Positions 61,691 through 64,000 of a stretch of DNA of 64,000 nucleotides are shown piece by piece; position 1 is the first letter of the stretch; each line of letters begins with the position of its first letter. The stretch covers positions 62,001-126,000 of the forward strand of contig OZ218958.1 in assembly GCA_965112735.1 (NCBI GenBank), in the 5' to 3' direction. The notes under the pieces were generated by a model that did not search any database, was not told where the DNA came from, and saw only the letters and a program-made list of their open reading frames with translations. The stretch comes from Phaeosaccion multiseriatum (taxonomy: Eukaryota; Protista; Ochrophyta, other classes). The translations under genes and the position numbers were made by a program.

Positions 61691-64000
61691 CGCCGCAGCA
61701 ACTGACGGCACAACAGAGGCTTCGAGCGGAGGAGGAAGAGCGAATCCGGAGGCTTCAGCTGCAGCAGTCCGCGTTCGAGCAGGAGCAGCGGCAGCAGGAG
61801 CATCGGCAGCAGCAGCACCAGCAGCACCAGTTGATGATCCAACAAGCGCAAGCCAAGGCCGAAGCCGCGGCCGAGCATGAGCGCCAGCAGTTGGTGATAC
61901 GGCAAGAGGCTGAAGATGCCCTCTTGGCCCGGCGGATGTTCTCGCAGCTCAACCCCTCGGAGCCCATTCCGTCCGAAGCGATGATGAGGCCTCCTCCTCC
62001 CTCTACGGCCATCCCTCCCTCCTCGACAGGTGCAGGCACGCCCTCCTTAGGGACGCCCTCTTCACTCAACCCCTCGCCGCCCCCTTCTGCTGCCAAGCAG
62101 CCTCCGAACGGGGCAGCACCGGCCTATAGCGCTGTCATGCAGCCAGGCGGGCAGCCAGGCGGGCAGCCAGGCGGGCAGTCAGGCGGGCAGTCAGGCGGCG
62201 GAGGAGGAGGCGGCGGGGGAGCGGGGCCTACTGGTGCGACTCGTGCTCTGTCACCAACTCCTGATACTGCTGCTGATGGAACGTCGCCAGCTGTAGCGCA
62301 CAAGACGCACCAGCCCAAGCGTGTCACGAAGAGTGAGTGCCGAGTGCTGCCCTCGGGGTGGGGTGTAGTATGTCAATGGGTGGGTCTGTCCGGAGTGACT
62401 GGGCTTGCTCAGCGGCTAGGCTTGGCTTGCTCCTCTTCCGGTGCTCGCCGCCCCCCCCCCCCCCCCCCAACCAAAGGCCACAAAGGGGCACCAGGGGGCC
62501 AACGAAGAGAGATGAAAGACCAGCGCCTTCTATCAGCGCCTTCTATCACCCCCTTCCCTGCCTCTTCCTCGCCCCTCATCGACTCTTCCCCTGCCCATAC
62601 TCCTCCGTCCATTCACCCCTGCTGCTGTGCCCTGTGCCCTGTGCCCTTTGCCCTCTGCTGCCATCCAGACATGTCGGGGCTGGTGTCCATCGGCGGCCAG
62701 CACGGCCAGGGCGGCACCCATACGACTCTAGATGCGGCCTCTTTCCTGGGAAGGATCAGCATGAAGCCCAAGACGCGCATGACGGTCAGGTGAGTAAGTC
62801 AGTGAAGACAGTCAAGGGCAGTGCTCAGTGCCAGTGCTGTTGATAGCAGTCAAGGGCAGTGCCGAGTGGTAGTGCTGTTGCTCCTCAAGTCTCTTTGTGG
62901 TGTGTGGCTGGGCATGAAGCACGGCCCTCTGGACACACCGATACACTGCCCTTCACTGCCTTGCCCTTTCCTTCCCTCCCCGCTGCCCTGCTTGCAGTCC
63001 CTCTGTGAAAGGCCATTGTTGTCTACCCTTCTCCACTGCCCCTCCCCTCCACTCCACTCCCCTCCCCTTCTCTGACACCCTCTCTGGCACCCTCTCTAAG
63101 GCGGCACGGTGCCACACACACAGCACAAGTGCTGTATAGAGTCAGAGGCAAGGCTCTAGTGCTCTCTCTGCCCCACTGACTGACTGCTGTGTCCAATACC
63201 CCTCCCCTGCCATCCACTGCCATCCACTGCCATCCACTGCCATCCCAGGTGGGAGCTGCCCGCTCGGGAGGTGGAGGGCTTCGGCAAGGAGCGCAACAGC
63301 GACCCCGACAAGAGGCAGAACTTGGTAAGTCAGTGAAAGTAGGCAGAACTTGGTAAGTCAGTGAAAGTAGGCAGAACTTGGTAAGTCAGTGAGGGGGTAG
63401 ACAGTGCTTGAGTGAGGGAGTTTGTACGTTGTACATACGTGTGTGTGGCTGTGTGTGTGTGAGTGAGTGTGTGTGTCGCCGGTTTGCTAACACCACATCC
63501 CATTCCACCCCCCCCCTCTCCCCCCGCCTCTGTCCTCCCTCCCTCCCTCCCTCCCTCTCTCCCTCCCTCCCTCCCTCCCTCCCTCCCTCGCTCCCTCCCT
63601 CCCTCCCTCCCGCCCTCCCTCCCTCCCTCCCTCTCTCCCTCTCTCCCTCCCCCCCGCCCTCTGGTGCCATCAGAAAATGGGGCTGTTCCGGCTGGGTCTG
63701 TCCTCCAACCTCAATCCAATCATTGCGAAAGAGCTCAGGGAGGGGGGGCCGCCCAACACAACGAGGGGAGGCAAACAGGGGGCGGGGGGGGAGGTACTGC
63801 TCGACGGGACTCTGACCTTCTTCGCACCCAAGGTATATGGGCAGCCAGGCAGGCATATGGGCATATAGGGATATGGGCCGGCAGAGCGTCTGTGCGTGTT
63901 TCTCTCTATTGCCACTGGCTGTTCAGAATACGCCATTTGTGGTTTAGTGTGGTGTGGCCGTTGCTCATGCCTCGCTCTGGCAATCATTCTGCAACACCCC
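58645..64000 (+). CDS. PolyQ/polyG-rich WW-domain protein, continues beyond window end
   Basis: ATG at 58645. About 110-residue CAA/CAG polyQ tract (59071-59400). WW domain PLPEGWASALDPHGKAYYYFRANGLTQWERP (~60583-60675). Later exons (donors 61375, 62333, 62789, 63325, 63833) encode a globular region ..LGRISMKPKTRMTVRWELP..KMGLFRLG..GTLTFFAPK. Confidence 0.75.

Overview
Eukaryotic nuclear DNA: GC-rich and intron-dense, with microsatellite-filled introns. It is most likely from a photosynthetic ochrophyte or other alga with a secondary red plastid (inferred from bipartite signal + ASA|F targeting peptides). About 14 genes can be reconstructed by hand, almost all multi-exon: a GT14/Core-2-branching-like glycosyltransferase (3' end outside the window), ADPRM, ORC4 with a very long N-terminal disordered region, a plastid bestrophin, a 7TM-RGS protein, a METTL6-like tRNA m3C methyltransferase, ATP23, a Q/A-rich hypothetical protein, ADAT2, a large conserved-looking uncharacterised 2-TM protein, a GH10 xylanase, a small single-pass plastid protein, an FNIP-repeat protein and a polyQ/WW protein (runs off the 3' end). 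Non-genic or degenerate features are two copies of a TCGA-ended MITE (20-bp TIRs, 6-7 bp TSDs), a frameshifted RLE-type non-LTR retrotransposon relic, an orphan C-terminal fragment resembling a 7TM ion channel (GRL/DUF3537-like), and many VNTRs. The most notable patterns are a duplicated YAKFSY motif in the bestrophin's disordered region (candidate pyrenoid/Rubisco sticker), short DNA motifs recurring at fixed positions near splice sites of unrelated genes, duplicated exon-end/donor units, and GC-AG introns. Most ORFs in the supplied track are artefacts of low-complexity sequence. Exon joins and family assignments were made by eye; no database search was run.
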